IMG/VR virus record: IMGVR_UViG_3300042868_007692 | Coordinates: 1-64,000 of that record | Length of the DNA stretch: 64,000 nt | Source: a virus | Strand: one strand, 5' to 3' | Shown: in pieces, positions 25,476 through 34,366 of the stretch | Numbering within the stretch: the first letter of the stretch is position 1 | Layout: every line of letters begins with the position of its first letter | Program-made: the position numbers and the translations under genes | The notes under the pieces: generated by a model | Databases searched by the model: none | Told to the model about the DNA's origin: nothing | Seen by the model: the letters and a program-made list of their open reading frames with translations, nothing else

Positions 25476-26142
25476 ATTTAAAGATGCTCCATGGTTTCCT
25501 AAAAACAATGAAGTGTGCATGGTAGGTGGAGCAGGTGGTATTGGTTCTTGGTTATGTTATTTCTTAACTAAGATTGGTTTTAGAGTTAACCTCTATGACT
25601 TTGATACTGTAGAAGACCATAATCTAGGTGGTCAATTATTTATGCAATCTGACTTAGGTCAACCTAAAGTAACAGCAGTAGCAAGAGTTGTAAACTCTTT
25701 TTGTAATACTCCTATAGCTACATTCAATGAAAGAATTGATATGAATACAATGACACATTACTTTATGTTTTCTGCTTTTGATAATATGGAAGCAAGAAAT
25801 GCATTGTTTCATGTCTGGAAAAAGTCCTGGGGCTCAGTTCCTTTAGCGGTGACTCCAATCTTCATAGATGGTAGATTAGAGATAGAGCAATTACAGATAT
25901 TTTGTGTTACTCCAGAGAATGCTGACAGGTATGAAAGAGACCATTTGTTTCATGATTCAGTAGTAGAAGAAGCACCTTGTACTATGAAACAAAGTTCTCA
26001 TACAGCAGCTATGATAGGAACTCTTATGACTTCCTATTTTACTAATCATATTGCTAACATTTATAGTGGAGAGACTATCAGAGAAGTCCCTTTCTACTAT
26101 GAATTTGTAGTTCCTATGAACTACTCAGCTTCTGAACTATGA
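25441..26142 (+). CDS. ThiF/MoeB-family E1-like adenylyltransferase
   Basis: VGGAGGIGS, YDFDTVEDHNLGGQ, K, AFDNMEAR, IDGR, candidate thioester Cys in APC(180)T; no Zn-binding CxxC pairs. Confidence 0.92.
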   Translation: MRQTRDTTQQSRFKDAPWFPKNNEVCMVGGAGGIGSWLCYFLTKIGFRVNLYDFDTVEDHNLGGQLFMQSDLGQPKVTAVARVVNSFCNTPIATFNERIDMNTMTHYFMFSAFDNMEARNALFHVWKKSWGSVPLAVTPIFIDGRLEIEQLQIFCVTPENADRYERDHLFHDSVVEEAPCTMKQSSHTAAMIGTLMTSYFTNHIANIYSGETIREVPFYYEFVVPMNYSASEL

Positions 26143-27152
26143 GAGTAATATCCTCTACATTAGGAAGCTTAACCAATGATCCTTTTAAAATTACTGTATT
26201 AGCAGCTAATACCTACATTCCTATCTATGCTTTTCACACATATTATCAGGAAGAAGGTGTTAAATTCTATAAAAGACCTTCTTTAGAGAAAGGTACTCTT
26301 AGAAAACCTAATACTTTAAAGCACATAAAGGATGCTCTAGAAATGGCTATTGCCCCAAGAAGAATTCTTATAGGTAATAAAAATTATTACTTTATAAAAG
26401 GTGCAATGTACACTGAGGATGGGAATCCTCTTATGGTGTTAGGTATGTCTAAAGAAGCTTTTAAAAATCCTGATATTCCTAATTTCTCTGATAATTATGG
26501 AGAATCAGCTAGTCTTTTTGACTATAAAAATTTTGTTATGTTTTACTCCACATCTTTCTTTACTGAGCCTAGTCTTGCTCCTTTAAACAGAAGATTTCAA
26601 AAAGAAATATTAATGTCTTGCTATGAAAAAGGTATAGAGGTAAGAGTGATTACCTCATCAGAAATTGAAAAGAATACCTTTGCAAACATTTTTGAAATCC
26701 CTAAAGCTAACTCTGTTAGTCAATTAGAGGAGTACATGAACAAAGTACTACCAACAATTTTATACACAAAAGAAGAGGACACTTTTGTATTTGAAGAGTT
26801 GACAGTACCTGAAGTTGTTCAAAACCATGAATTATCTGTGGAAGAAGAAGCTCTACTATTTGATTCTGAAACTAGTCAGGAGTTGCCTGGAGTTAATCCT
26901 ACAACTTTTGATATTACTCTTAATACAGAAGAAGTAGTTGAATTACTTCCTATTTTTAGAGACCCTGAAATAGAAGAATTAGAAAGAGAAGCTGCAACTT
27001 GGGATTCTGCCCATACAGAACCTGCTTATGTAGCTCCTGAGTATCCTATAGTTCCAGAAGAAAGTATTATTCTAACACCTATAGGAGAAAGGGTAACTAA
27101 TGTTTCTTTTAGAACCACTAGACCAATAGAGCTTATTGATGACACAGAATAA
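26139..27152 (+). CDS. Hypothetical protein coupled to E1, with acidic disordered C-terminus
   Basis: 337 aa, ATGA overlap with the ThiF gene. Confidence 0.8.
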   Translation: MRVISSTLGSLTNDPFKITVLAANTYIPIYAFHTYYQEEGVKFYKRPSLEKGTLRKPNTLKHIKDALEMAIAPRRILIGNKNYYFIKGAMYTEDGNPLMVLGMSKEAFKNPDIPNFSDNYGESASLFDYKNFVMFYSTSFFTEPSLAPLNRRFQKEILMSCYEKGIEVRVITSSEIEKNTFANIFEIPKANSVSQLEEYMNKVLPTILYTKEEDTFVFEELTVPEVVQNHELSVEEEALLFDSETSQELPGVNPTTFDITLNTEEVVELLPIFRDPEIEELEREAATWDSAHTEPAYVAPEYPIVPEESIILTPIGERVTNVSFRTTRPIELIDDTE

Positions 27153-27199
27153 TTCCCAAAGGTATTTAAGTTTTTTAGTTATAACCTTAAAAATCTTAT

Positions 27200-27712
27200 A
27201 TGGGATTAGGAGCCACAAACAAAAGAAAGGGTAGTACAGCAGAAAGGTATTATGCCAAATTCTTTAGAGAATTAGGCTTTGCATTCTGTGAGACTGCCAG
27301 ATTTGGAAGTAAAAAACATGACAATGCAAAGATTGATCTATTGTATATTCCTTTTAATGTGCAAATTAAAGCAGGTATCCAAAAAAATATGAATCCTGGG
27401 AAGGAATTATTTATGATGGCTACCTCTATTGTTGCAATGTTTCCCCCTGAAGATGAAGTTTCTAAAAGACCTTGTGTATTGTTTCATTACAAACAAGGTA
27501 AACCTGGAGCCAGAAGAACTCCAGATATGGAAATGGTGTATATGTCTATGATACAGTTTGATGTATTCAAAAGTAAAAGTCCTAGTTTAGAGTATTCTAT
27601 GCTTAAGGAATTTAAGTTTGATTTACAATCTGAATTTAAAAGTATTGTAGGTATGACACTTGACCATTTTAAAGAAGAAGTAATCTTAAAACAATATGTA
27701 ACATGCCAGTAA
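27200..27712 (+). CDS. PD-(D/E)XK nuclease, Holliday junction resolvase-like
   Basis: NKRKGSTAER, KIDL, NVQIK. Confidence 0.7.
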   Translation: MGLGATNKRKGSTAERYYAKFFRELGFAFCETARFGSKKHDNAKIDLLYIPFNVQIKAGIQKNMNPGKELFMMATSIVAMFPPEDEVSKRPCVLFHYKQGKPGARRTPDMEMVYMSMIQFDVFKSKSPSLEYSMLKEFKFDLQSEFKSIVGMTLDHFKEEVILKQYVTCQ

Positions 27713-28872
27713 TAGTAGCCACAAAAGAGGAAGTAAGAGAATACTATGAGTCAAGTGCTCTAGGTCAGTCAAAATTAAAAAAATTGTTAGGAGATTTAGG
27801 GTCTTTTAACAAAGAGGAAGATTCCTCAGCAGAACACTTTGTAATAGGCTCTGCAGTAGACTGCATTTTAACTAATTCAAGAGAAGTCTTCAATGAAGAG
27901 TATTACATTTCAGAAGTTGAAAAATTACCTTCTGAAACTGTAGTAGGTATCTTGCAATCAGTTCATAATGATTTACTGCAGGACTATGCAGAACATTTAG
28001 AAGTCATTTTAGGTCAGGGAGAGCCTGTACCTGTGACACCTTTTATAGAATTTGTAGGTGATTTAAAAGATCATGCTACTTATATTTTAGATGCTTGTGA
28101 AAGAGCAGAGTGGCAACCTAGATGGGGTGTTGATGCCAAGCTAAAAAATATCCTTGAGCCTGGAACTGAGTATTTTATGGATTTATGTAAAGCCTTTGGG
28201 AAGAGGGTTATTAGCAAATCTCAAGCTAATATCATTAATGCTATTGTAGCATCTTTAGAAAATAATCCAAGAACTGCAAGTTACTTTAATAGAGTATTCT
28301 TTGAATCATTACCAAACATAACAATTTACTATCAATTTCCTATTTACTTTGAGTACAGAGGAGTGCAATGTAAAGGATTGTTAGATATGGTTATTGTAGA
28401 AAGAGATGAAGAAGGAAAAATACTTTCTATTACAGGTATAGACTTAAAAACTATGAATGGAAATACTTATTATTTCCCTAGTAGTATTAAGGCTAGAAGA
28501 TATGATATTCAAGCTGCTTGGTATACTCTTGCTTTAAGACAACATTTTGCAGTTCCAGAAGAATCAGATGTAATTAGACCTTTCCAATTTGTAGTAGAAT
28601 CTACTTCATATCAAGGAAAGCCTTTAGTTTATACTGTTGATACTTCCCTTTTAAACATAGGAAGATTTGGTAGAAGAGCTATTTCTCTACATGATACAGA
28701 TATGTTTAATGGAGAAACTATGGCAAGTGCCATTATTCAGTATGAAATCAAAGGTTTTGAACAACTCTTAGATCTTTATATTTATCATTCAGAGAATGGT
28801 TTTAATGAAGAAAGAGAAATTCAAGAAGCAGGTTTAACTACATTATTGGTTAACTGGGATGGCATTGTCTAA
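27703..28872 (+). CDS. PD-(D/E)XK exonuclease (RecE/ExoVIII-like)
   Basis: YY...ALGQSKLK, GSAVD, KGLLD, IDLKT, YDIQAAWY. Confidence 0.85.
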   Translation: MPVIVATKEEVREYYESSALGQSKLKKLLGDLGSFNKEEDSSAEHFVIGSAVDCILTNSREVFNEEYYISEVEKLPSETVVGILQSVHNDLLQDYAEHLEVILGQGEPVPVTPFIEFVGDLKDHATYILDACERAEWQPRWGVDAKLKNILEPGTEYFMDLCKAFGKRVISKSQANIINAIVASLENNPRTASYFNRVFFESLPNITIYYQFPIYFEYRGVQCKGLLDMVIVERDEEGKILSITGIDLKTMNGNTYYFPSSIKARRYDIQAAWYTLALRQHFAVPEESDVIRPFQFVVESTSYQGKPLVYTVDTSLLNIGRFGRRAISLHDTDMFNGETMASAIIQYEIKGFEQLLDLYIYHSENGFNEEREIQEAGLTTLLVNWDGIV

Positions 28873-29476
28873 TGTAGCAGAAACCGGTATGCAAATTGAG
28901 ATAGGAAAGTTATATGTTAACAGAACTGTTAAATATCTAATTCCTGCTCTTAGTTACTATGGATCCACTTTAAAGACTAAGTTAAACTTGGTCTTTAAAT
29001 TGGCTTTTGGTGTACATGATTGTCTTATAGAAGGTACTCATTTAGAAGGTCAAAAGAATATTTTTATTCTTATAGATAAACTTGTGAGACCTGATTTATA
29101 TCAAAACTTTATTGATTGGATAAAACATCAGGAATACTATGTTACAGACTATGCTTATGATTCAATTCTTGAACACAATAGTAGAAAACAGATGTTAGTA
29201 TTGGCATTTCCACCTGAATTAGCTGATGCTTATGACAAATTTTTACTGGGCAAGTATAGTCTAATGTACACTAAAAATGAAGTAGAAACTTTCTTTGGAG
29301 AGGAAAACAAAGCTATTGCAAGACATGTACTAAGAAAAACTTATCATGCTAAATTAGAATTTAAAAGACTTGTAAAAGAAGCTTTTGGAACTGTTTTAGA
29401 AGAACAAGATTTTTTAGTAGGCTCTTGGGAATATGATTTACCTCCTAATAAAGAAGAAGAATTTTTTAACACTTGA
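28859..29476 (+). CDS. Hypothetical protein
   Basis: 205 aa ORF; start may be ATG 28889. Confidence 0.75.
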   Translation: MALSNVAETGMQIEIGKLYVNRTVKYLIPALSYYGSTLKTKLNLVFKLAFGVHDCLIEGTHLEGQKNIFILIDKLVRPDLYQNFIDWIKHQEYYVTDYAYDSILEHNSRKQMLVLAFPPELADAYDKFLLGKYSLMYTKNEVETFFGEENKAIARHVLRKTYHAKLEFKRLVKEAFGTVLEEQDFLVGSWEYDLPPNKEEEFFNT

Positions 29477-29477
29477 A

Positions 29478-29509
29478 AACCTTTGGGGAGTTAATCTCCC
29501 CTAAGTTTT
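29478..29509 (+). terminator. Intrinsic terminator
   Basis: GGGGAG-ttaat-CTCCCC hairpin with downstream T run. Confidence 0.6.
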
Positions 29510-29529
29510 CATTAATACTTATAGAATAA

Positions 29530-29754
29530 ATGGCACACACATTAATTATTACAGCTTTTCAGCCTAACCTTAGTTTTTCTTTAAAGGGCAAGATACAAAA
29601 ATACATTTCTCCTTCTATGGTAAGTTGTGATGATGAGAATGAAAAAGCCTATTTTTTAGATGCTATAATATCTGAAATTGAAGATATTTCTTCTGAAGAT
29701 CAGATTATTATTGCTGAATTACAATCTCAAAAAGTAGAATATGTCGAATTTTAG
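29530..29754 (+). CDS. Hypothetical acidic protein
   Basis: 74 aa ORF. Confidence 0.65.
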   Translation: MAHTLIITAFQPNLSFSLKGKIQKYISPSMVSCDDENEKAYFLDAIISEIEDISSEDQIIIAELQSQKVEYVEF

Positions 29755-30091
29755 AACTTTAGGACCTGATGAAAAAGTTTATGTAAATTACAAAAACTAT
29801 AATCCAGCTAGAGTAGTGGCTGTTGAAAAAAGAGGAAGAAAACATTATCTACTTTTAAGATGGGAAAATTTTCCTGGATACAAAGGAAGGTATTTTGAAA
29901 AATGGGTTAGAGATACTTTTTGTGTAGAGTATAAACCTACAGGTAAGGGTACAACTTTAGCTGAGCTTAAAAGAAATGCTTTAAGTGTTTTTCCTACTTA
30001 TAGAGCTAATAGAAAAGGAAAAGTTACTTTAGCCTGGTGGCAAAAATTAATTATTAAATTACAAAATTGGTGGTATGGAATCAAAAACTAA
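29741..30091 (+). CDS. Hypothetical protein with chromo-barrel/Tudor-knot-like pattern
   Basis: DEKVYV..Y.PARVVAVE....HYLLLRWENF.....FEKWV. Confidence 0.5.
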   Translation: MSNFRTLGPDEKVYVNYKNYNPARVVAVEKRGRKHYLLLRWENFPGYKGRYFEKWVRDTFCVEYKPTGKGTTLAELKRNALSVFPTYRANRKGKVTLAWWQKLIIKLQNWWYGIKN

Positions 30092-30425
30092 AGCTTTTAT
30101 AACAGAAACACAATTTGACACTGTTGTAGATACAAGATGTCAACAAATTAAAAGAACTTTATTAGTAAAAGCTAAAGAGTACAGAAGAAACAATGACCCT
30201 TTACATAATTTTAGAGTAGCTGCTAAGGTGCAAAACACTACAGAAGAAAAAGCTCTTTGGGGTTTTGCAGTTAAACATTATGTATCTTTTTTAGATATTT
30301 TAAATGATATAGAAAAAGGTTTTCTTCCTAAAGAAGAAGTTATAGATGAAAAAATAGGAGATTTAATTAACTACTTGATTCTTTGTGAAGCAAGCATAAA
30401 AGAAAAAATAACAAATGAACAATAA
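30075..30425 (+). CDS. All-alpha nucleotide-modification-associated (DUF1599-like) protein
   Basis: K..EY....DPLHNF, KH, EKIGDLINYLIL. Confidence 0.6.
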   Translation: MESKTKAFITETQFDTVVDTRCQQIKRTLLVKAKEYRRNNDPLHNFRVAAKVQNTTEEKALWGFAVKHYVSFLDILNDIEKGFLPKEEVIDEKIGDLINYLILCEASIKEKITNEQ

Positions 30426-31044
30426 AATAGAATTTTTGACTAAACATTGTACTACTTCTAAAGATGGAGTTATAGCATTGTCTAATACTTTAGTAGAGTT
30501 AGCTATTAAAGTTCATAATTGTCCAATTAAAGTTTCTTGTCCAGATTTTCCTGGAGAAGTCTCTACTTATACTGTAGAAGAGTTACTAACTCCTAAGTTT
30601 ACAGCAGGCCCTTACCCTAATAGATATGAAGAAGGTACTTATTACAGTCTTTGTATGTATACTTGGAAAGGAGTAAAAGCTACTGCTAAAGAATTAGAAG
30701 AAATTTGGACTGAAGCTCCTGGGATAAAACCTGAATTAGCTACAGAAGAAATTATTATTGAAAAAAGAGGTAAAAGTTATATTATTAAAACTCCTGTAGT
30801 AGTAACTACTTTTGAAGAAAAAGAAGTAAATCTTGTACAATATGTAGGAATGATTATTCATCAAACAAGAGAAGCTAGAGGGTTGAATAAAACTGCTTTA
30901 GCTAATTTGACAGATAATAAAGTTTCTTCAACTTCTATTGGACAAATTGAAGCAGGTACAACAAATCCTATTTTAAGTTCTCTAGAAGCTATTTGTGAAG
31001 CTTTGGGCTTACATATTACTGATTTATTTCCTCCTAAAAACTAG
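30415..31044 (+). CDS. Protein with C-terminal XRE-family HTH
   Basis: REARGLNKTALA...VSSTSIGQIEAGTTNPILSSLEAICEALG. Confidence 0.85.
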   Translation: MNNKIEFLTKHCTTSKDGVIALSNTLVELAIKVHNCPIKVSCPDFPGEVSTYTVEELLTPKFTAGPYPNRYEEGTYYSLCMYTWKGVKATAKELEEIWTEAPGIKPELATEEIIIEKRGKSYIIKTPVVVTTFEEKEVNLVQYVGMIIHQTREARGLNKTALANLTDNKVSSTSIGQIEAGTTNPILSSLEAICEALGLHITDLFPPKN

Positions 31045-31049
31045 AAATT

Positions 31050-31286
31050 ATGACTCAAAGGATTAAAATGGGAACTCTTACTGTTGAAGTATTTTTCAAT
31101 GAGTATGACAAAAATCTAAAAACTAGAAAACAAATTCCAGGGCATGAGATTACAAGACAAGATAGATTAGCTATTGATAGAGGTCTTGATGATACTGATT
31201 TTGGAGAGTTTTATAGATATGAAGATAAAGACAAAGAAATCACTGGGATGTTCAATGTGGTAGAATCTACAGAAGGAGATGAATAG
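31050..31286 (+). CDS. Hypothetical protein
   Basis: 78 aa ORF in a packed operon. Confidence 0.65.
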   Translation: MTQRIKMGTLTVEVFFNEYDKNLKTRKQIPGHEITRQDRLAIDRGLDDTDFGEFYRYEDKDKEITGMFNVVESTEGDE

Positions 31287-31473
31287 CTGGAAATTAAATG
31301 GAATGGCAGGCCACTTAACAAGGTCTGCTATTTGTAAGAGTTTAAATATACATCATACTGAAATTTATAAAGTTGTAAAATATGTTCATGGAGATGTTAT
31401 TGAAACTCAAGATGGCAAAAAGTATGAATTAATTTTAAAAGAAATTAAAGATGATACAAGTAAAATTAGATAG
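31279..31473 (+). CDS. Hypothetical protein
   Basis: 64 aa ORF overlapping its neighbours. Confidence 0.6.
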   Translation: MNSWKLNGMAGHLTRSAICKSLNIHHTEIYKVVKYVHGDVIETQDGKKYELILKEIKDDTSKIR

Positions 31474-31693
31474 AAAACCTTATGCTAAGCATACTTTCTA
31501 CAAAGGAATTTATATTCATAAAAAAACAGAATATGATTTTGAATTAACTGTAGAAGAGTCTGAAAACAGTGCACAACCTGCTGTTTTAGTAGAATTTGGA
31601 GTAGACCATAAGTTTTTACCTTTTGATTATGGTAAAGCTTGTAAAGAAATTTTAGCAATTTATTTACCTGAAAAAAATGAAGACAAAAATTAA
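31451..31693 (+). CDS. Hypothetical protein
   Basis: 80 aa ORF overlapping its neighbours. Confidence 0.6.
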   Translation: MIQVKLDRKPYAKHTFYKGIYIHKKTEYDFELTVEESENSAQPAVLVEFGVDHKFLPFDYGKACKEILAIYLPEKNEDKN

Positions 31694-32774
31694 TGCTCAA
31701 ATAGTAGCACACTCAAAAAATGAGCAAGGAGATGAGTTAATCTCAGTCCTTGCTACATTTCCTAGAATTATCCTTGCTGAGGTAAACACCCACAGGATGC
31801 TTTCTAAGAACACTTCTAGCTCAAGAGCCATACCTTTTAATAAAATGGTAGAAACTATCCAGAATGACCCTTTTATTCCTATTGCTTGGCAAAAAGAACA
31901 TAAAGGTATGCAAGGAAGTGAGTATTTTGAAAACACAATGTTGCAACAAGCATTGTGGTTAGAAGCAAGAAATTCTGCTGTAGATTTAGCTGACAGACTT
32001 AATTCAGGCTGTGGAGTTACTAAACAGCTTTGTAACAGATTGTTAGAACCTTTTATGTGGACTACAATGTTAATCACAGGGCCTAAATCAGGTTGGGATA
32101 ATTTCTTTAATTTAAGATGTCCTCAATATGAGTATATTACAAAAGAAGATATAACATATTTCAAAAGTAAAAAAGACTGGACAAAGAAGTTTTATGAGAG
32201 TAAAGTTGTATCAAATACTTCTGCTACAATTGAAGATATTAATACTTATTCTTGGTTTAATAAAAATAAAGGTCAAGCTGAAATTCATATAATGGCTCTT
32301 GCTGAGTGTATATGGGATGCTTACAATGAAAGTACTCCTAAAATACTGATACCTGGAGAATGGCATATTCCTTTCTTAGACAAAATTGAGACTGATTTTG
32401 AAGAAATTGCTGTTAAAGTATCTACTGCAATGGCAGCTAGAACTTCTTACACTGTGGTAGGTAATGAAAAAGAAATTGACATTGATGCTATGGTTGTTTT
32501 ACATGACAGACTTCTTGCTCAAGATCCTCCTCATAGTTCTCCTTTAGAGCATTGTGCTAGAGCTATGAGTGAAGATGAATATAGAGGCAATATTAAAGGA
32601 AAAATTAATCTTATAAATGATAGAGAATTCCAGACTGAGTTTGCTGCAATGACTGGCTATACTCCTTTAAGTGGAGCTTGTGAAGAAAAAGCTTTAGGCT
32701 GGTGTAATAACTTGAAAGGGTTTATTCCTTATAGATACATGGTTGACAATGGAAATCAAACATCAAAAGACTAA
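31677..32774 (+). CDS. thyX: Flavin-dependent thymidylate synthase (phage type)
   Basis: PRIILAEVNTHRMLSKNTSSSRA (xHRx7S variant), NRLLEP, NFFNLR, HSSPLEH. Confidence 0.85.
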   Translation: MKTKINAQIVAHSKNEQGDELISVLATFPRIILAEVNTHRMLSKNTSSSRAIPFNKMVETIQNDPFIPIAWQKEHKGMQGSEYFENTMLQQALWLEARNSAVDLADRLNSGCGVTKQLCNRLLEPFMWTTMLITGPKSGWDNFFNLRCPQYEYITKEDITYFKSKKDWTKKFYESKVVSNTSATIEDINTYSWFNKNKGQAEIHIMALAECIWDAYNESTPKILIPGEWHIPFLDKIETDFEEIAVKVSTAMAARTSYTVVGNEKEIDIDAMVVLHDRLLAQDPPHSSPLEHCARAMSEDEYRGNIKGKINLINDREFQTEFAAMTGYTPLSGACEEKALGWCNNLKGFIPYRYMVDNGNQTSKD

Positions 32775-33594
32775 AACTTTAACAACAAGAGATAATAGTA
32801 GGAGCAGTGATGCCATTGCTCCTAATTTCATTTATGGCTGTCTTGGTGGATGTATGAAATCATATTGCTATGTAGGTAGATATAATGCTGACAAAGTTTA
32901 TATCAATGATAATACAGAGCAAATACTGGCTTCTGTTTATGCTTGGGTTGATAAACAAGTGTGGCCTAAAGTTCCCAACCAAGTTGATGACACTTACTAT
33001 TGTGTAGACATAGGATGTAGTACTGATGTGCCCTTACATAGTAAACACTATAATTGGCAACAAGTATTTGATTTCTTCAATACACAATACAAACTGAAGA
33101 CAACTTTTGCTACTAAGTACCCTACAAAGTTTAAAGTACAAGAGTATAACTTGGCTCCAGGTAAGCATAGAATAAGAATTAGTCTTATGCCTCAGAAAAT
33201 CTCTGATATTCTAGAGCCTAAGACAGATAGTATTGCAGATAGAATTGCTATGATTCCTATTCTTCAACAGAAAATGGAAGTTCATCTCAATTTTAGTCCT
33301 ATTGTGTACTATCCAGGTTGGCTAGAAGATTACAGAGAGTTGTTTGAAATGTTGAAAGGTATTGAGTTTAAGTCAGAATGTATTTTTTTAACTTACAATA
33401 ATATTCAACTTCAAAGAAATACTCCTGAAGTAAATAAAATGCTTAGCTTTCCTGCTTTTCAAGAAGCAAAAGACTCTCAATATGCTGCTGATAACATTAG
33501 GTATGAAAGATATTTTAAGAATGGATTAATATTAGAATTTAAAGATTTATATTCTCAATATTTTCCTCTTGAAACTATTAGATACATTTTTTAA
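32749..33594 (+). CDS. Spore photoproduct lyase-like radical SAM protein
   Basis: GCLGGCMKSYCYV cluster motif, DIGCSTD, FATK, RIRISLMP...LEPKT....RI, NFSPIV. Confidence 0.75.
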   Translation: MEIKHQKTKTLTTRDNSRSSDAIAPNFIYGCLGGCMKSYCYVGRYNADKVYINDNTEQILASVYAWVDKQVWPKVPNQVDDTYYCVDIGCSTDVPLHSKHYNWQQVFDFFNTQYKLKTTFATKYPTKFKVQEYNLAPGKHRIRISLMPQKISDILEPKTDSIADRIAMIPILQQKMEVHLNFSPIVYYPGWLEDYRELFEMLKGIEFKSECIFLTYNNIQLQRNTPEVNKMLSFPAFQEAKDSQYAADNIRYERYFKNGLILEFKDLYSQYFPLETIRYIF

Positions 33595-33637
33595 AGTAAA
33601 GATTTATCTTTATATTTGTAAACAAATTAATTTAATT

Positions 33638-33940
33638 ATGAAAATTATTGGTAAAAGAGTTCTAGTAGAACAAGTTAGTGTTAAGAAAGACACTAAAATC
33701 ATAATGACTGAAAAGAATAAGAATGAAGGTATTTCTGTTTCTTTTAAAGTTCTTCAATTAGGAAATGAATGTCCTGTAGGAGAAGGTCATGTACAAGTAG
33801 GAGATGTACCTGTATTTAGTGAAAATGTAACCTTTGATGGTTTCAAGATGATTAAAGCAGACAAAGCTCCTAATGGAGAAATTCTTAAAGCTGTAGCTCA
33901 CACTATAGTTTGGTATGATGACATTATTGCTACTGATTAA
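33638..33940 (+). CDS. Co-chaperonin GroES-like protein
   Basis: MKIIGKRVLVE...IIM...VLQLG...VQVGD.PVF...DDIIA; TATATTTG at 33611-33618. Confidence 0.75.
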   Translation: MKIIGKRVLVEQVSVKKDTKIIMTEKNKNEGISVSFKVLQLGNECPVGEGHVQVGDVPVFSENVTFDGFKMIKADKAPNGEILKAVAHTIVWYDDIIATD

Positions 33941-34146
33941 TGGATGATCAAAAGATTATAATTATGGACTTTGCTACTAGTGAAGTCCATATTTTTTCCT
34001 ATGACCCTAATATTTGGATAAGTGGAGAAGATTTCTTAACTGAACACTTCTCAGAACATGGTCAGACTTTTAAAGAAAGTCAATGTCAATGGATGATAGT
34101 AGACTTAGAAAAAACAGAGGGAAGACTTCCTCTTTATATTCATTAA
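33940..34146 (+). CDS. Hypothetical protein
   Basis: 68 aa, TAATG coupling. Confidence 0.65.
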   Translation: MDDQKIIIMDFATSEVHIFSYDPNIWISGEDFLTEHFSEHGQTFKESQCQWMIVDLEKTEGRLPLYIH

Positions 34147-34147
34147 T

Positions 34148-34366
34148 ATGGCAGATACAGTAAAAGAGCTAAAAGCTCAAGCTAAAGAACTTATTAATTG
34201 TGGTAATTCTAAAGAGCAAGCTGAAGGTCATGGTATGATGAGAGTTCTTGATGAAATAGGTAAATATTATTATGGATTTCAAGAATATGATTGTTACTTT
34301 GATAGTATTAGTGATGAAGAAAAACCTAAGTTAAACAAGAAACTTAAAAAACTTAAAATTTACTAA
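34148..34366 (+). CDS. Hypothetical protein
   Basis: 72 aa ORF. Confidence 0.65.
   Translation: MADTVKELKAQAKELINCGNSKEQAEGHGMMRVLDEIGKYYYGFQEYDCYFDSISDEEKPKLNKKLKKLKIY

Noticed and set aside
25441-26142. ThiF as a thiamine/molybdopterin biosynthesis auxiliary gene
   Set aside because: No ThiS/MoaD, ThiG, sulfurtransferase or rhodanese neighbours; the neighbours are JAB and E2-like genes
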